In this document: positions 1 through 9,867 of the stretch, one piece after another
Layout: every line of letters starts with the position of its first letter
Numbering within the stretch: position 1 is the first letter of the stretch
Origin: an uncultured delta proteobacterium
GTDB lineage: Bacteria > Desulfobacterota > Binatia > JACPRU01
Reading direction: 5' to 3'
NCBI GenBank assembly: GCA_963745025.1
Contig: CAVUWD010000019.1
Location: 288,001-352,000 of the forward strand
Length of the DNA: 64,000 nt
Notes under the pieces: model-generated
Databases searched by the model: none
Told to the model about the DNA's origin: nothing
Seen by the model: the letters and a program-made list of their open reading frames with translations, nothing else
Position numbers and translations under genes: made by a program

Positions 1-494
1 AGATCGCCATCGGCAAGGAAAGTCCCGTGGTGATGCGCGAGTACTGGAAGAATCCGGAAGCGATGCAGGAGAAGTTCAAGGGCGAGTGGTGCGTCACCGG
101 CGACATGGGTTACGCCGACGACGAGGGCTACTTCTACTTTCAGGGCCGCGGAGACGACGTCATCAAGACCTCCGGCTACCGCGTCGGTCCTGCCGAGATC
201 GAAGCCAAGATCATCGAGGTGAAAGGTGTGGCATCGTGCGCCGTGATCGGCGTATCCGACCCGCAGCGCGGGCAGGCGATCAAGGCGTTCATCAAGGTCA
301 TGGCCGGCACCGAGAAGTCCGACGCGCTGATCCGCGAGATCCAGGAGCACGTGAAGAAGAAGCTCGCGGCTCACGAATACCCGCGCGAGATCGAGTTCAT
401 CGACGAGTTCCCGATGACGGTGACGGGGAAGGTTCGCCGGCGGGATCTGCGCGACGCGGAGGAGAAGAAGCGCGCGGCGGCGCGCCGACCGTGA
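1..494 (+). CDS. acyl-CoA synthetase (AMP-binding), C-terminal part; gene starts before the window
   Basis: Adenylate-forming enzyme motifs TGDMG, GRGDDVIKTSGYRVGPAEIE and MTVTGKVRR. Confidence 0.9.
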   Translation, partial: IAIGKESPVVMREYWKNPEAMQEKFKGEWCVTGDMGYADDEGYFYFQGRGDDVIKTSGYRVGPAEIEAKIIEVKGVASCAVIGVSDPQRGQAIKAFIKVMAGTEKSDALIREIQEHVKKKLAAHEYPREIEFIDEFPMTVTGKVRRRDLRDAEEKKRAAARRP

Positions 495-505
495 GGAAGG
501 TTATC

Positions 506-600
506 ATAGCGAGACGATCAAGGAGATCGTCGGGGAGTTCATGAAGCACTTCTCCGCGGGTGACATGAAGGCGGCGCTCGGCCTGATGGCGGACAGCGCG
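506..600 (+). pseudogene. SnoaL/NTF2-like protein N-terminal remnant
   Basis: Reads SETIKEIVGEFMKHFSAGDMKAALGLMADSA and then loses similarity; start codon damaged. Confidence 0.45.
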
Positions 601-739
601 GCCGGCGGGCCGTATACGGCGGTACCCAGAAGTTCCAGGCCGACCCCCACTATTCGGGATGCTCGATTCGACGAAGCTGCTCGAGGCTGGAAAGCGTGCG
701 GCTTTTACCCGCGGGGAACTTGGAACGTAGGCGACGGCC

Positions 740-1324
740 TCACGACCGCACTGGCTCTTCTGTGTGCTCTTCCTCGTCTCGACTCTGCAACCGAACCCAG
801 AATATGCAAAACACGGACAAAATGATTGCCGCTAGGATAACGGCCACTCCCAAGACCATCCCTCTGTGCAGCGGGATCCACCACTCCAACAGAACAAACA
901 GCCACGTCGACACGATGAGCATTGGTAGCGCCAGAAACGGTTCGAGCAAGTGACCGGCCCGCTCAAGCCATGGACAAACCCAGGCATTTCTCCGCCAGTG
1001 TCTGATTCGCTTCTTCGGCCATCCATCGAAAGGCAGCTGTTCCTCCCGTATTTTACCAAGCTTGGCTTCCCTCCCAAGGAACTGGAGATATTTTCGGGCG
1101 TGGTAGCCCTGGTAGAGGAGCACGAACGCGGAGAGGCTTACCAGAATTCCCGCCACTGCTATTCCGTGGGTTACCTCCAGATCCTGGCGCACACCGACAT
1201 AGGCGTTCACCAGAAGCCCTTGAATAACCAACAACCACATGATGCGGTGATTGGTCAATTCGTTTTCGTGCTTGATCAGATCACGAATGACGGTGGCATA
1301 CTGCTCCGGTCCGACGTCGTACAT
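740..1324 (-). CDS. membrane protein resembling the RipA/8xMP octameric membrane protein family
   Basis: N-terminal IKHENELTNHRIMWLLVIQGLLVNAY motif and about 4 hydrophobic helices. Confidence 0.6.
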   Translation of the reverse strand: MYDVGPEQYATVIRDLIKHENELTNHRIMWLLVIQGLLVNAYVGVRQDLEVTHGIAVAGILVSLSAFVLLYQGYHARKYLQFLGREAKLGKIREEQLPFDGWPKKRIRHWRRNAWVCPWLERAGHLLEPFLALPMLIVSTWLFVLLEWWIPLHRGMVLGVAVILAAIILSVFCIFWVRLQSRDEEEHTEEPVRS

Positions 1325-1390
1325 AGGTCGGTTCCCCCTATCTCGTCAGGCCGCTCGATCGGGGCCAGCAAGAGTGAATATATCGCATGC

Positions 1391-1497
1391 TCAGGGTATG
1401 CCGACGCCCCGGCCCGCCGTCTCCTCCTCCTCGTTGTCCTCCTCCGTGACGAGTTTGTGAGCGAGGTAGTACTTGTAGATGTTTTCGCGACGTAGGC
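1391..1497 (-). pseudogene. MltF-like lytic transglycosylase C-terminal remnant
   Basis: Allowing frameshifts reads YVA(N)IYKYYLAxKLVTEE, like the conserved MltF-family C-terminus. Confidence 0.45.
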
Positions 1498-1531
1498 GCG
1501 TGCCACCAGAAGGAATCACACATGACACGCG

Positions 1532-1996
1532 TCAGCCCATGATCAGGAAGTAGACTCCTGCGAGGCCGATGGCCGTGAGGAGCACGCCCACCGTGATGCT
1601 GAGCGGCCACTGCGTCAGGACGGGCGTCTCGCCCCGCCGGAGCCTGCGCAGCGCGCCCCAGTGGGAGGCGCCGGCGAGCACCGTCGCAATGATCCCCAGG
1701 AACAAGAGCGCCATGCCCATCTGGATCGCTCCCTCGTGCATGCGGGCCGCCTCTGCGCTCTGCGGATGCTCTTCCCGCAAGGCGCGGAAGAATGCGACCA
1801 TGCCGAAGCCGAAGCTCGCCATAGTCAACGTCGTCCGGATCCAGGCGAGCGTCGTCCGGTCCAAAGCCAACTTCACACGGTAGCTGGCCAGGCTCGTCCG
1901 ATCGCGAGCCAGCGCGGTGGCGTCCTTCTCGAGCTCTTCACGGCCCCCGACTTCGCCACGCGCCGGGCCGAGAGACGGCCGTGTAATCTCGCTCAC
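1532..1996 (-). CDS. DUF202/YidH family membrane protein
   Basis: LALDRTTLAWIRTTLTMASFGF motif, 3 TM segments, GAGGAGG RBS before GTG. Confidence 0.85.
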   Translation of the reverse strand: MSEITRPSLGPARGEVGGREELEKDATALARDRTSLASYRVKLALDRTTLAWIRTTLTMASFGFGMVAFFRALREEHPQSAEAARMHEGAIQMGMALLFLGIIATVLAGASHWGALRRLRRGETPVLTQWPLSITVGVLLTAIGLAGVYFLIMG

Positions 1997-2325
1997 GAGC
2001 TCACCTCCTCGCCTTCGACAGGCTCCGCCCCGAACTGTCCCATACTGTGCGCTGAGGAGCAGGTCTGTCTTCGCCTTCACCCGGTGAAGGGCGAGAGACG
2101 AGCCCGCAGGCTTCGCAGCGCTGTAGGCCTCGCTCCATGGCGGTCACGGCGAGGTCGTCACGAGATCGGCTCGGCCATGGGCTTACTGCGCGGGGCGCCC
2201 GCCTCGGCCCATTGCCGGTCCCAAACCTCCCGCGGATCGAAGTTCGCTTGAATCGCTGCGAGGATGAAGACGAGCGCTCCGAGGAGCGAACAGCGCCACG
2301 CTCGGGATCATCTGCGCGCGGATCG

Positions 2326-3414
2326 TCACCTGCCAGGGATTCCCGCGACGTGCTGCAGGTCGATCACCGAACAGATCGGCGAAGAGTGTGTCACATAGGC
2401 GAGCTTGCCGTCGGGACTGACGGCGATCGCCCGCGGCTCATTGGCCACGCCGACCGTCGCGACGACCGCGTTCGTGCGGGTGTCGATCACGGAGACCTCG
2501 CTCGCGCCGTAGCAGGTCACGTAGACGAAGGTGCCGCTCGGGTCGACGGCGATGCCAAGGGGCTCGGCGTCGACTGGAATCGAGGTCACCGTCCCGGTGG
2601 CGAGATCGATGGCCTGAACGCCACCCGCCATTCCAGTCGGAATGTACGCCCGCGTGCCGTCGGGGGTCACGACGAAGCCGACGGGAGCAGCCGGCAGAGG
2701 GATCTTGGAGACGACGCTGCCGCTCGCCGCGTCGAAAACGAGGAGCGTGCCGTCGACGCACGCAAGCTTGCAGCCGGCGACATATAGGCGCTGCCCGTCG
2801 GGGCTGGCCGCGATGCCCACGGGATGAATGTCGAGTGGATGCCTACCGGCGATGGTGTTGGTGGCCGTGTCGATGACGACGAAATAGTCCTCCATCGGCG
2901 TGGCGTTAGTCACGTACGCCCGCCGGCCGTCGGGGCTGATCGCCACAGCCGGCGAGCGAACCGGGCGCTCGAGCGGCGCGAGGTCTATGCTCGTGGCCAA
3001 GCTGTCGTGAGTCGTGTCGAGCACGAACAGGGAGACACCTGCTAGGTCGGCCACGTAGGCGTGCGCGCCGTCGCGGGTGAGCGCGATCGCATAGGGTCGC
3101 CCCTCCGTCCTGATCGTGCTGACGACCTGCCTGCTGGTGAGGTCGAGGGCGAGGACACTGCCGGTCTGGAGCGGCACGTAGGCGCGCGTGCCGTCGGGAC
3201 GCACCGCCACGTCGGTACCGTAGTTGCTGAGCGGGATGGTTGCGACCACGGCGGAAGCGCTGGCCTGCAGCCCACCGGCACCCCCGCCAGAGGGCACCCC
3301 ACAGCCGAACGATCCGACGACCAGGAGTGTGATTGCTGCCGCGACGTTTATCGTTGCGCGCGGGCGCTCATTCATGGCTGGGGCCCTATAGATCATGTTT
3401 GCGATATCGGCCAT
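2326..3414 (-). CDS. YVTN/YncE beta-propeller lipoprotein
   Basis: Repeated AVSPDG..AYVT blades, lipobox GSFGC, GGAGG RBS. Confidence 0.85.
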   Translation of the reverse strand: MADIANMIYRAPAMNERPRATINVAAAITLLVVGSFGCGVPSGGGAGGLQASASAVVATIPLSNYGTDVAVRPDGTRAYVPLQTGSVLALDLTSRQVVSTIRTEGRPYAIALTRDGAHAYVADLAGVSLFVLDTTHDSLATSIDLAPLERPVRSPAVAISPDGRRAYVTNATPMEDYFVVIDTATNTIAGRHPLDIHPVGIAASPDGQRLYVAGCKLACVDGTLLVFDAASGSVVSKIPLPAAPVGFVVTPDGTRAYIPTGMAGGVQAIDLATGTVTSIPVDAEPLGIAVDPSGTFVYVTCYGASEVSVIDTRTNAVVATVGVANEPRAIAVSPDGKLAYVTHSSPICSVIDLQHVAGIPGR

Positions 3415-3475
3415 CGTGGATTCCCCCTCCGGTCCCATCGTTGCTGGCCTCGTGTCAAAGCACCTTCGTCCGGGG

Positions 3476-3524
3476 TCGGAGAAGGGGAGCCCTACCTGAA
3501 AGGGTCGGAGCTCCCTTTCTCCGA
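3476..3524. terminator. strong hairpin downstream of the DUF1134-like gene
   Basis: TCGGAGAAGGGGAGC ... GCTCCCTTTCTCCGA, 15-bp near-perfect inverted repeat. Confidence 0.55.
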
Positions 3525-3533
3525 GAGCTCGGC

Positions 3534-3971
3534 TTACTTCTTGATCTTCATGCTGACGCCTTCGGCGGCAAACGTGAACTTCAGGCCCTGCGTGGTGGAT
3601 ACCAGGCGGATCTCCACGCCGTTCTGATTCCTCATGATGCTCGCGCTCGCGCCTCCTGCCACCGTGGCGCCAGCGGCCGCAGCCGTGTAGTTGCCGTCGA
3701 AGTCGGAGAGCTTGGCGAGGTGATACACGTCTCCGGCTGCTTCTGCCTTGCTAATGCCCACGTCACCCACGGAGAGACCCTTCACCTCGACATCGTACTT
3801 CTTGCCCTGGTAGGTCAGGGTACCGGCTGCCCAGCTGTAGCCGATGCCGACGGCCACCGAGCCGCCGCTCAGCTCGATCCTACCGTCGGGCTTGTCCTCC
3901 GCTCGAGCCGCGGTCAGGAGAAAACCCAACGCAGCAACAGTCGCCAACATGCATATGTTCCGCATTCTCAT
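3534..3971 (-). CDS. exported DUF1134/EipA-like protein
   Basis: Signal peptide; GGSVAVGIGYSW...GDVYHLAKLSDFDGNY...MRNQNGV pattern; GAGGAG RBS. Confidence 0.75.
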   Translation of the reverse strand: MRMRNICMLATVAALGFLLTAARAEDKPDGRIELSGGSVAVGIGYSWAAGTLTYQGKKYDVEVKGLSVGDVGISKAEAAGDVYHLAKLSDFDGNYTAAAAGATVAGGASASIMRNQNGVEIRLVSTTQGLKFTFAAEGVSMKIKK

Positions 3972-4195
3972 ACTGACTCCTCTTCTGTCGTCATCGTCGC
4001 GATTCACGTTCTCATGCGCAAATGTGCCCTTCTTCGGCCAGGCGGCGGTCGAGCCAACTGATTCAGCCACCGAGACTCTATCATCGAGGCTGCTAACACG
4101 CCGGGCGTGCATCGCGCAGCGGCCAGCTCGGTTCCTTCCTTTCTCGTCGCCATCGCCATCAAGTCGTCCGAATGTGCGCTACGACCCCTGAATCT

Positions 4196-4296
4196 CTACT
4201 GTTCTTCGGTGACGATCTCTATCCGTCCTGCGCGCACCGCCTTCTCCAGCACTGCATGGTCACGTTCGCTTTGATCGGCGTACGCGATGGAGAAGG
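4196..4296 (-). repeat. 3' end of a DUF2252 paralog, a near-copy of 5003-5102
   Basis: FSIAYADQSERDHAVLEKAVRAGRIEIV encoded at both places with a few, mostly synonymous, differences. Confidence 0.85.
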
Positions 4297-4800
4297 CCGC
4301 ACGGCCAGCGGACGATGAACGGCGTGCGCAGCGAGCCCTCCATCGCGCGTGAAGTACGTGCCGCGCCAGGGCCCGCTGTCGCCCTCCCAGGGGTCAGTCG
4401 CCTCCGGGCCGTTGTCGCTCGTGAAGATGACCAGCGTATTGTCTTCGATGCCAGCTTCCTTGATGGTGTCGAGGATCTGGCCGGTCCGGTAGTCCATCTC
4501 CGCGAGGCAATCCGCCCAGTCGCCGTTGCCGGTCTTACCGGCGAACTCCGGGTTCGGCAGCGTTGGCATGTGGACCAACGAGAAGGACACGTATGCGTAG
4601 AACGGCTTGCCGGCCTTCACCTGACGCTGCATGAAGTCGATGCTGCGGCGCGTGATCTCCGCTTCCATGAGCCGGCGTTGCTCCACGTCCAGTGTTCCGA
4701 CCTGCCGGGCCCTGTCGCCTTTGCGCGCTTCATAGATGGGTTCTGGGGGAACGACCTTCGCGTTCCAGCCCTGCTTGTCGCCGACCGACGGCCACATGCC
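4297..4800 (-). pseudogene. internal arylsulfatase fragment
   Basis: NTLVIFTSDNGPE...GDSGPWRGTYFT..EGSLRTPFIVRWP; lacks the catalytic N-terminus and the C-terminus. Confidence 0.85.
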
Positions 4801-4853
4801 TTTCGTCTCGTTCAATGATCTTTTCATTGTTGTTCTCCTGAGGTTTAGACGAT

Positions 4854-4933
4854 CATCAAGAAGCGCCGGATTGCGATCGCGCGGAATCCGGTCGGCCTAC
4901 AAACGCTTCGTGAGCGATGCCGGCTTCTTGATG
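4854..4933 (-). ncRNA. candidate structured cis-regulatory leader RNA (three-way junction)
   Basis: Perfect 11-bp closing stem CATCAAGAAGC/GCTTCTTGATG enclosing two hairpins, about 14 nt upstream of an AGGAGA RBS. Confidence 0.4.
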
Positions 4934-5002
4934 CCTTATCGCGTCGCGCCTTTCGTGGTCGCCGACCCGCGTTTTCGGATTGGTCGTTTCCACGCCGGGG
5001 CT

Positions 5003-6421
5003 CTATCGCGGCTCCATGACGATTTCTATCCGTCCTGCGCGCACCGCCTTTTCCAGTACTGCATGGTCGCGTTCGCTTTGATCGGCGTAGGCGATGGAGA
5101 AGTCCGCGATGGCCTTGTCGAAGTGGTCGCTCTTGCCGAGGTAGCCGCTGATCTGCGCGGGCGCACCGGAGCGGGCGTGGGCGCGCGCCAGCGTCCAGCC
5201 GCAGATCTCGGCATACTGGGTCATGACGCCCGGACGTGAACAGCTCGACCAGGGGCCCCGATCTTCATGTCCCTGAGCTGGCGGACGTAGAAATGCCGGC
5301 CGAGCTTGCCCTTCGTCCAGCCGAGGAAGATGTCGCTCGCCGATTGCATGAGTCGGTAGCCGTTCACGACCCGCTGGCCATGATTGGGGTAGATGCTCTT
5401 GCCGGCATACGCCTCCAGGACCGAGGGGCGCGCCTCCTTGACCTGGAGGAACAGGGGATCCTGCTCGCTGGCCATCAGCAGCATGACGGCGCAGAAGGTG
5501 CCGACGCTGCCGACACCGACCACCTTGATGGCGATGTCCTTGAGCTCATAACGGTCGAGGAGCACCCGTCGGTCTTCCTGCAGCGATTCCCGGTAGCCGG
5601 CAAAGGCCGCCCGGGCGCGCGTCAGCAGATCTCTCACACCCTCGTTCACGCGGGTGGTAGATCAGCGGCGGGTTGTCCTTGATGGTCGGCCGCTGACCGG
5701 CCATGGCCGCGAGCTTGGGAAAGTCGTGTTCCAGCACGCTGCGCGCGCGGGCCTTGGCCAGCCGCTTCTGGTGCCGCTGGCGGGCCTCCTTGTCCTTGAT
5801 CGTCGGAAGCACTTCTTCGACGTCGATGCTCGCGTACCACACGTCCAGCACCGGCATCTGGCTGTATTCCGCCATGCGTTCGCGATACGACCGAACGCAG
5901 GCCAGCACGGCATCGCGCGCGCCGCCCTTGCTGAAGCCGTTGTTGCGACAGGCAAGGACGAAGCTCGCGGCCAGGCGCTTGACGTCCCACTCCCACGGGG
6001 CGGGAAGGGTCTCGTCCAGGTCGTTGATGTCGAAGATGACCCGTCGTTCCGGCGTGGCGAAGTCGCCGAAGTTGAGCAGATGGCAGTCGCCGCACGCCTG
6101 CACGCGCAGGCCGGTCGCCGGCGTGACCGCCAGGTCGGCCGCCATGTTGAGCGCCGCCCCGCGATAGAAGGTGAACGGCGACCGCACCATGCGTCCGTGG
6201 CGAATGGGGATCAGCTCGGGAATGCGCCCCTTGTTCGATTCCTCCAGCAACCGCAACGGATCCGGGCGGTTGTGCGGCGCCTTCCAGACCGCGTGCGAGC
6301 TGCGCGGGCACTTCTCCCGCAGGCTCTTTCCCATCGCATAGAGTTCAGCCTGCGAAGGACGAGAGCCGAGCGCCGGCGTCGGTCCGATCGATGGTGTTCG
6401 CGCCGACTGTCCCATCAACAT
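5003..6421 (-). pseudogene. DUF2252 family protein with two frameshifts (about 5650 and 5240)
   Basis: IRHGRMVRSPFTFYRGAA, CGDCHLLNFG, FDINDLDET, KVVGVGSVGT and LFLQVKEA motifs spread over three frames. Confidence 0.9.
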
Positions 6422-6448
6422 AATCCAGGTACAAAGGAAATATGAATC

Positions 6449-7354
6449 CTACTCCGGAAAAAGAAGCTTGATTTGGAAGCGCAACTGCCAATCAGCCCCA
6501 AATTGCGGTTTTGCCACATTGTCGAAGGCCTGGAGTTGCATGTCGATCGGGTGTTTGTCTATTTTGAACAGTCTGCCCACACCGCCACCGACCGGAACCG
6601 TCCACACATCGCCCGCCTTGTCGGCTTTCCAGTTGGCCGTCAGGATCGGTACGCTCGTCAAATACCAACCCTCGGAAAGATTGTAATTCACGAACGGCTG
6701 AAGCAGGAACGCGTTTACGCTCTTCTCGCCCCAGCCGGCAACCGACCACTGGTTGTTCATCAGCGCCCCAAAGAGCCAATGTCCTTGTATTGTCAACACT
6801 ACTGCCGCAGGACCCATGCTGAATTTGCCGTTCCCCAAAAGGGAGTCGGTGGCGGTCGGCAGAGTCAATGTCGGCCCCAAGCCCCAAATCAGCTCGCCGG
6901 GCTTTGCCGGTGAGAGAAAAACCGTCGGGTTTAGGTCCCCAAGCCCCGTCGCACTGCTCATTCCAGGAAACAGCGACGGTTGGTTGATAATCGGTAAGAT
7001 GGTGCGCGTAATCAGATTCCAGTCGTCGGCAATGTGAATCGGAATCACCGGCTCGAGGTTACCCACATAAACGGTCGCGTCCTTTGATCCCGTGCCGAAG
7101 TAGAAGTTGTTCTGAAGCGGCACACTGATGAGATTCGCTATCGGGTTCTGTGACTGCTTCGCTAGCTCTTCAGCGCTGGGTTCTTGCGGGCTGGGTTGTT
7201 GTGGCTCCGCAGCCTCCGTGGACACCGCTGAGAGTAAATAAAGAGTGCTCAGTAGGGCGAAAAATTTACGCGCTCTTGTCGTTATTCTCTTCTGCCACGA
7301 CGTTTCCTTGCACCGCATCTGGTAGTCCTTGTCGTCCACGGGCGTCGTCGTCAA
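6449..7354 (-). CDS. putative outer-membrane beta-barrel of the so-called neuromedin U-like family
   Basis: AEELAKQSQNPIANLISVPLQNN, PVIPI, WNLITRTILP and C-terminal WQLRFQIKLLFP. Confidence 0.85.
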   Translation of the reverse strand: MTTTPVDDKDYQMRCKETSWQKRITTRARKFFALLSTLYLLSAVSTEAAEPQQPSPQEPSAEELAKQSQNPIANLISVPLQNNFYFGTGSKDATVYVGNLEPVIPIHIADDWNLITRTILPIINQPSLFPGMSSATGLGDLNPTVFLSPAKPGELIWGLGPTLTLPTATDSLLGNGKFSMGPAAVVLTIQGHWLFGALMNNQWSVAGWGEKSVNAFLLQPFVNYNLSEGWYLTSVPILTANWKADKAGDVWTVPVGGGVGRLFKIDKHPIDMQLQAFDNVAKPQFGADWQLRFQIKLLFPE

Positions 7355-7399
7355 ACGTGGCGATGCGTTCGGTGCCGATCGGGACGGCGACGCGAGCTC

Positions 7400-8740
7400 T
7401 CAGTTGGAAGAGCCGAACAGCTCCACGGTCGCGAACGGTTCAGCCGACCACGGCCGGAAGCGGTTGAGGGTGAACTTCGTTGGCTGGCCTGGCTGCACAT
7501 CCACGAGCAGGTAGTTGTATTCCTCCTTGGGAGGCTGGCCCTTCCAGTAGAGGTCCTGCGGGTATCCTTCGGGCACTTTGAAGCTCGTGCGCCCGGGGAG
7601 GATGGGATCCTGCTCCGCGCCGCCGCCGCCGAGGAGGAGGTATTTCACGCCGTCTACGGCGAACACTTCGGTGGTGTGGACATGCCCGTTGAAGACCACG
7701 ATGTCGAGGTCCTTGGCGTAGGAGGCGAAAATCTTGTGGGGATTCTGCACCTCGGGGATGGGGCCCATGCCGGAGCGGCAAAATGCCGGGGCGTGGAAGG
7801 CGATGAAGACCTTTTTGGTTCCCGCGGCTTTCGCCTCGTCGAGCCACTGCCTCAGCTCTTTCATCTGGGCCTCGTAGGCAGGCTGGGTGGCGTCCCAGCC
7901 CGTGGGCTGGCGATAGTCGTAGGGGCCGGTCCAGAGGAAGATGAAGCGCGCGTCGTTGAAATCGAATTTATAAATAAGCCGCTTGTCGGTGACTCCGAAT
8001 TTTTTCAAGTAGGGAAACGCTGCGAGGAGGCCCTGGACATCGGAGTCATCCCAAACTTCGTGGTTGCCGACGGCGGGGTAAACGCGGCCTGGGAGCCCGG
8101 CGGCTTGCATCTGGGCGTCGGCCGCGGGCAGTTGGTTGAGTACGTTCTCATACACGAGCTTCCAATAAGGGTTTTCGGAGGGCTTGGCACCCTGGGTGCC
8201 CCACCACACCATGTCGCCGGTATTCAGAACGAACTTGGCCTTCCCGGCCTGGACCGCATTCACGAGGCCGTGGGCAACCCACTCGCCCCCGTACAGTCGG
8301 AACATGGTCCGGCGCACGCCGGGGAGCAGTTTCACGTCCTCGACGGAAGCCTCGGTGACCCAGCCCTGGTCCACGGTCAGGGTCATGGCTTCGCTCCTGC
8401 TCATGAACGGCATGACGACCTGCACCAGTTGTTTGGTGGCCGGGTCGTAAGTGAGCTTCACGTTTTTTTGCACGACTTCTTCCGCGATCTTCTCCGGCAT
8501 CACCAACTCGAACAAATTGACGAGCAGCTTGATCGCCTCCGCCCGCCGGTCCGACGCGGGCGGGAGATACAGCATCGAGCGCGAGTCGCCATAGACGGCG
8601 AACGAGAAGCCAGAATCGGGAGAGGAAGGCCCCTCCCGTTCCGCCTGGGCGGTGGCACAGCCGGCCCAGAGCGTCAGAAGCGCAGCCGCGGACGCAAGCG
8701 TGTTCATCGATCGAGCAAGCCACGCTGGTCGTGTCTTCAT
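7400..8740 (-). CDS. calcineurin-like metallophosphoesterase, probable lipoprotein
   Basis: YGDSR, TGDMV, GNHE, FHAP and GHVH metal motifs; lipobox LWAGC. Confidence 0.85.
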   Translation of the reverse strand: MKTRPAWLARSMNTLASAAALLTLWAGCATAQAEREGPSSPDSGFSFAVYGDSRSMLYLPPASDRRAEAIKLLVNLFELVMPEKIAEEVVQKNVKLTYDPATKQLVQVVMPFMSRSEAMTLTVDQGWVTEASVEDVKLLPGVRRTMFRLYGGEWVAHGLVNAVQAGKAKFVLNTGDMVWWGTQGAKPSENPYWKLVYENVLNQLPAADAQMQAAGLPGRVYPAVGNHEVWDDSDVQGLLAAFPYLKKFGVTDKRLIYKFDFNDARFIFLWTGPYDYRQPTGWDATQPAYEAQMKELRQWLDEAKAAGTKKVFIAFHAPAFCRSGMGPIPEVQNPHKIFASYAKDLDIVVFNGHVHTTEVFAVDGVKYLLLGGGGAEQDPILPGRTSFKVPEGYPQDLYWKGQPPKEEYNYLLVDVQPGQPTKFTLNRFRPWSAEPFATVELFGSSN

Positions 8741-8888
8741 GGCCTCCGTCCTTTTCCGGCTTCCGTCATCGTCTCGGAGTCGGTGGTCGGCACCGACGAC
8801 GGCTGTGGCCCCACGCGTTCAGCAAGCATCTTGCGGGGCGACATCAGGTGCTCTTCCAACACAAATCCACTGAGTGGCACTGCCGCGG

Positions 8889-8992
8889 CTAGTGCGATCG
8901 CCAGCTAGCGCGATGGCGCCCTTTTCGAGCCGGTCGACGGCGTGAACCTCAGCCGCAAACAGGTCGGGAGGCTTCCGTGGCTTCTCGCTCAC
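8889..8992 (-). pseudogene. DUF202 paralog N-terminal remnant
   Basis: AGGAGG RBS plus VSEKPRKP...RLEKGAIALAGDRTS, matching ELEKDATALARDRTS of the 1532-1996 gene; truncated. Confidence 0.7.
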
Positions 8993-9086
8993 GATGGTCC
9001 TCCTGCGGCGCTTCCCCGAAGGAAGGCAATGCCGGCGAACGGCATCCGGTTCAGCGGAACAGCAACGGTCTGCGACCTCCAACGCC

Positions 9087-9824
9087 TCAAGGCTTCAAAT
9101 CCCATTCTTTAAGTTTTTTCGTCGCCGTCCCGTAGTTGCCCAGATGGTAAACGGCCGCGCCCGCCGGCGAGAAGGTGAACGACTCAAATGGCTCGGCGGC
9201 CATCTTGTCCAGGTACGTCTTGGAGGCGAGACCGGTGGTGACATGCGGCATGTAATGCTCGCCGGAATGTTCCGGCACAAACACTTCGACGTATTCAATC
9301 ACCTGCGGGCTGATGACGGAGCCATCGGTTGGGGGGACGAACGCGGCTGCGGTTCCGGTTTTCAACGCGAACGGGGTCACGGCTTCAATCACCGCCTGTT
9401 GCAGTTTGAGCAATTCCGGAGTCGGCTTCACGACAATACCCTGGAGGCCAAGTTCCCCGATCGGGATGTAGTAGTATTTGTAGGCCTCGAGCTTCAAGCC
9501 GGTCACATTGGCGCTGACCAGAACTTTGCCGACTGCGGCATAGACTTTGGGGAGATCCGTGGTGCGCACGTAACGCTGGGCCATGGTGACGTGGGGACGG
9601 TGGGAGGCGTCCAAGGAAAAGCCCTTGGGGTAATCCTTGAGCAGAAGGTCGTTGACGGCCGTCGCGTGCTGGACCATGGTGGCGTCCGGCTTGAGGAGGA
9701 TGTCGATGGCGGTGACAGGGGTTGAGGTTTCCTGTGCATGAGCATTCGCTCCGGTGATTGCCAGGGCACAGGCCATCACGCCCTTCATCATGAAGTTCGT
9801 AAGGTTTTTCGTCGTGTCTTTCAT
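9087..9824 (-). CDS. exported 2H phosphoesterase (2'-5' RNA ligase superfamily)
   Basis: Two HxT motifs (RPHVTM, MPHVTT); signal peptide ending AHA. Confidence 0.75.
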   Translation of the reverse strand: MKDTTKNLTNFMMKGVMACALAITGANAHAQETSTPVTAIDILLKPDATMVQHATAVNDLLLKDYPKGFSLDASHRPHVTMAQRYVRTTDLPKVYAAVGKVLVSANVTGLKLEAYKYYYIPIGELGLQGIVVKPTPELLKLQQAVIEAVTPFALKTGTAAAFVPPTDGSVISPQVIEYVEVFVPEHSGEHYMPHVTTGLASKTYLDKMAAEPFESFTFSPAGAAVYHLGNYGTATKKLKEWDLKP

Positions 9825-9867
9825 GGTTGTGTCGTTTGTTGGTTCTTGACGGGTTGAGCGCTGACTA

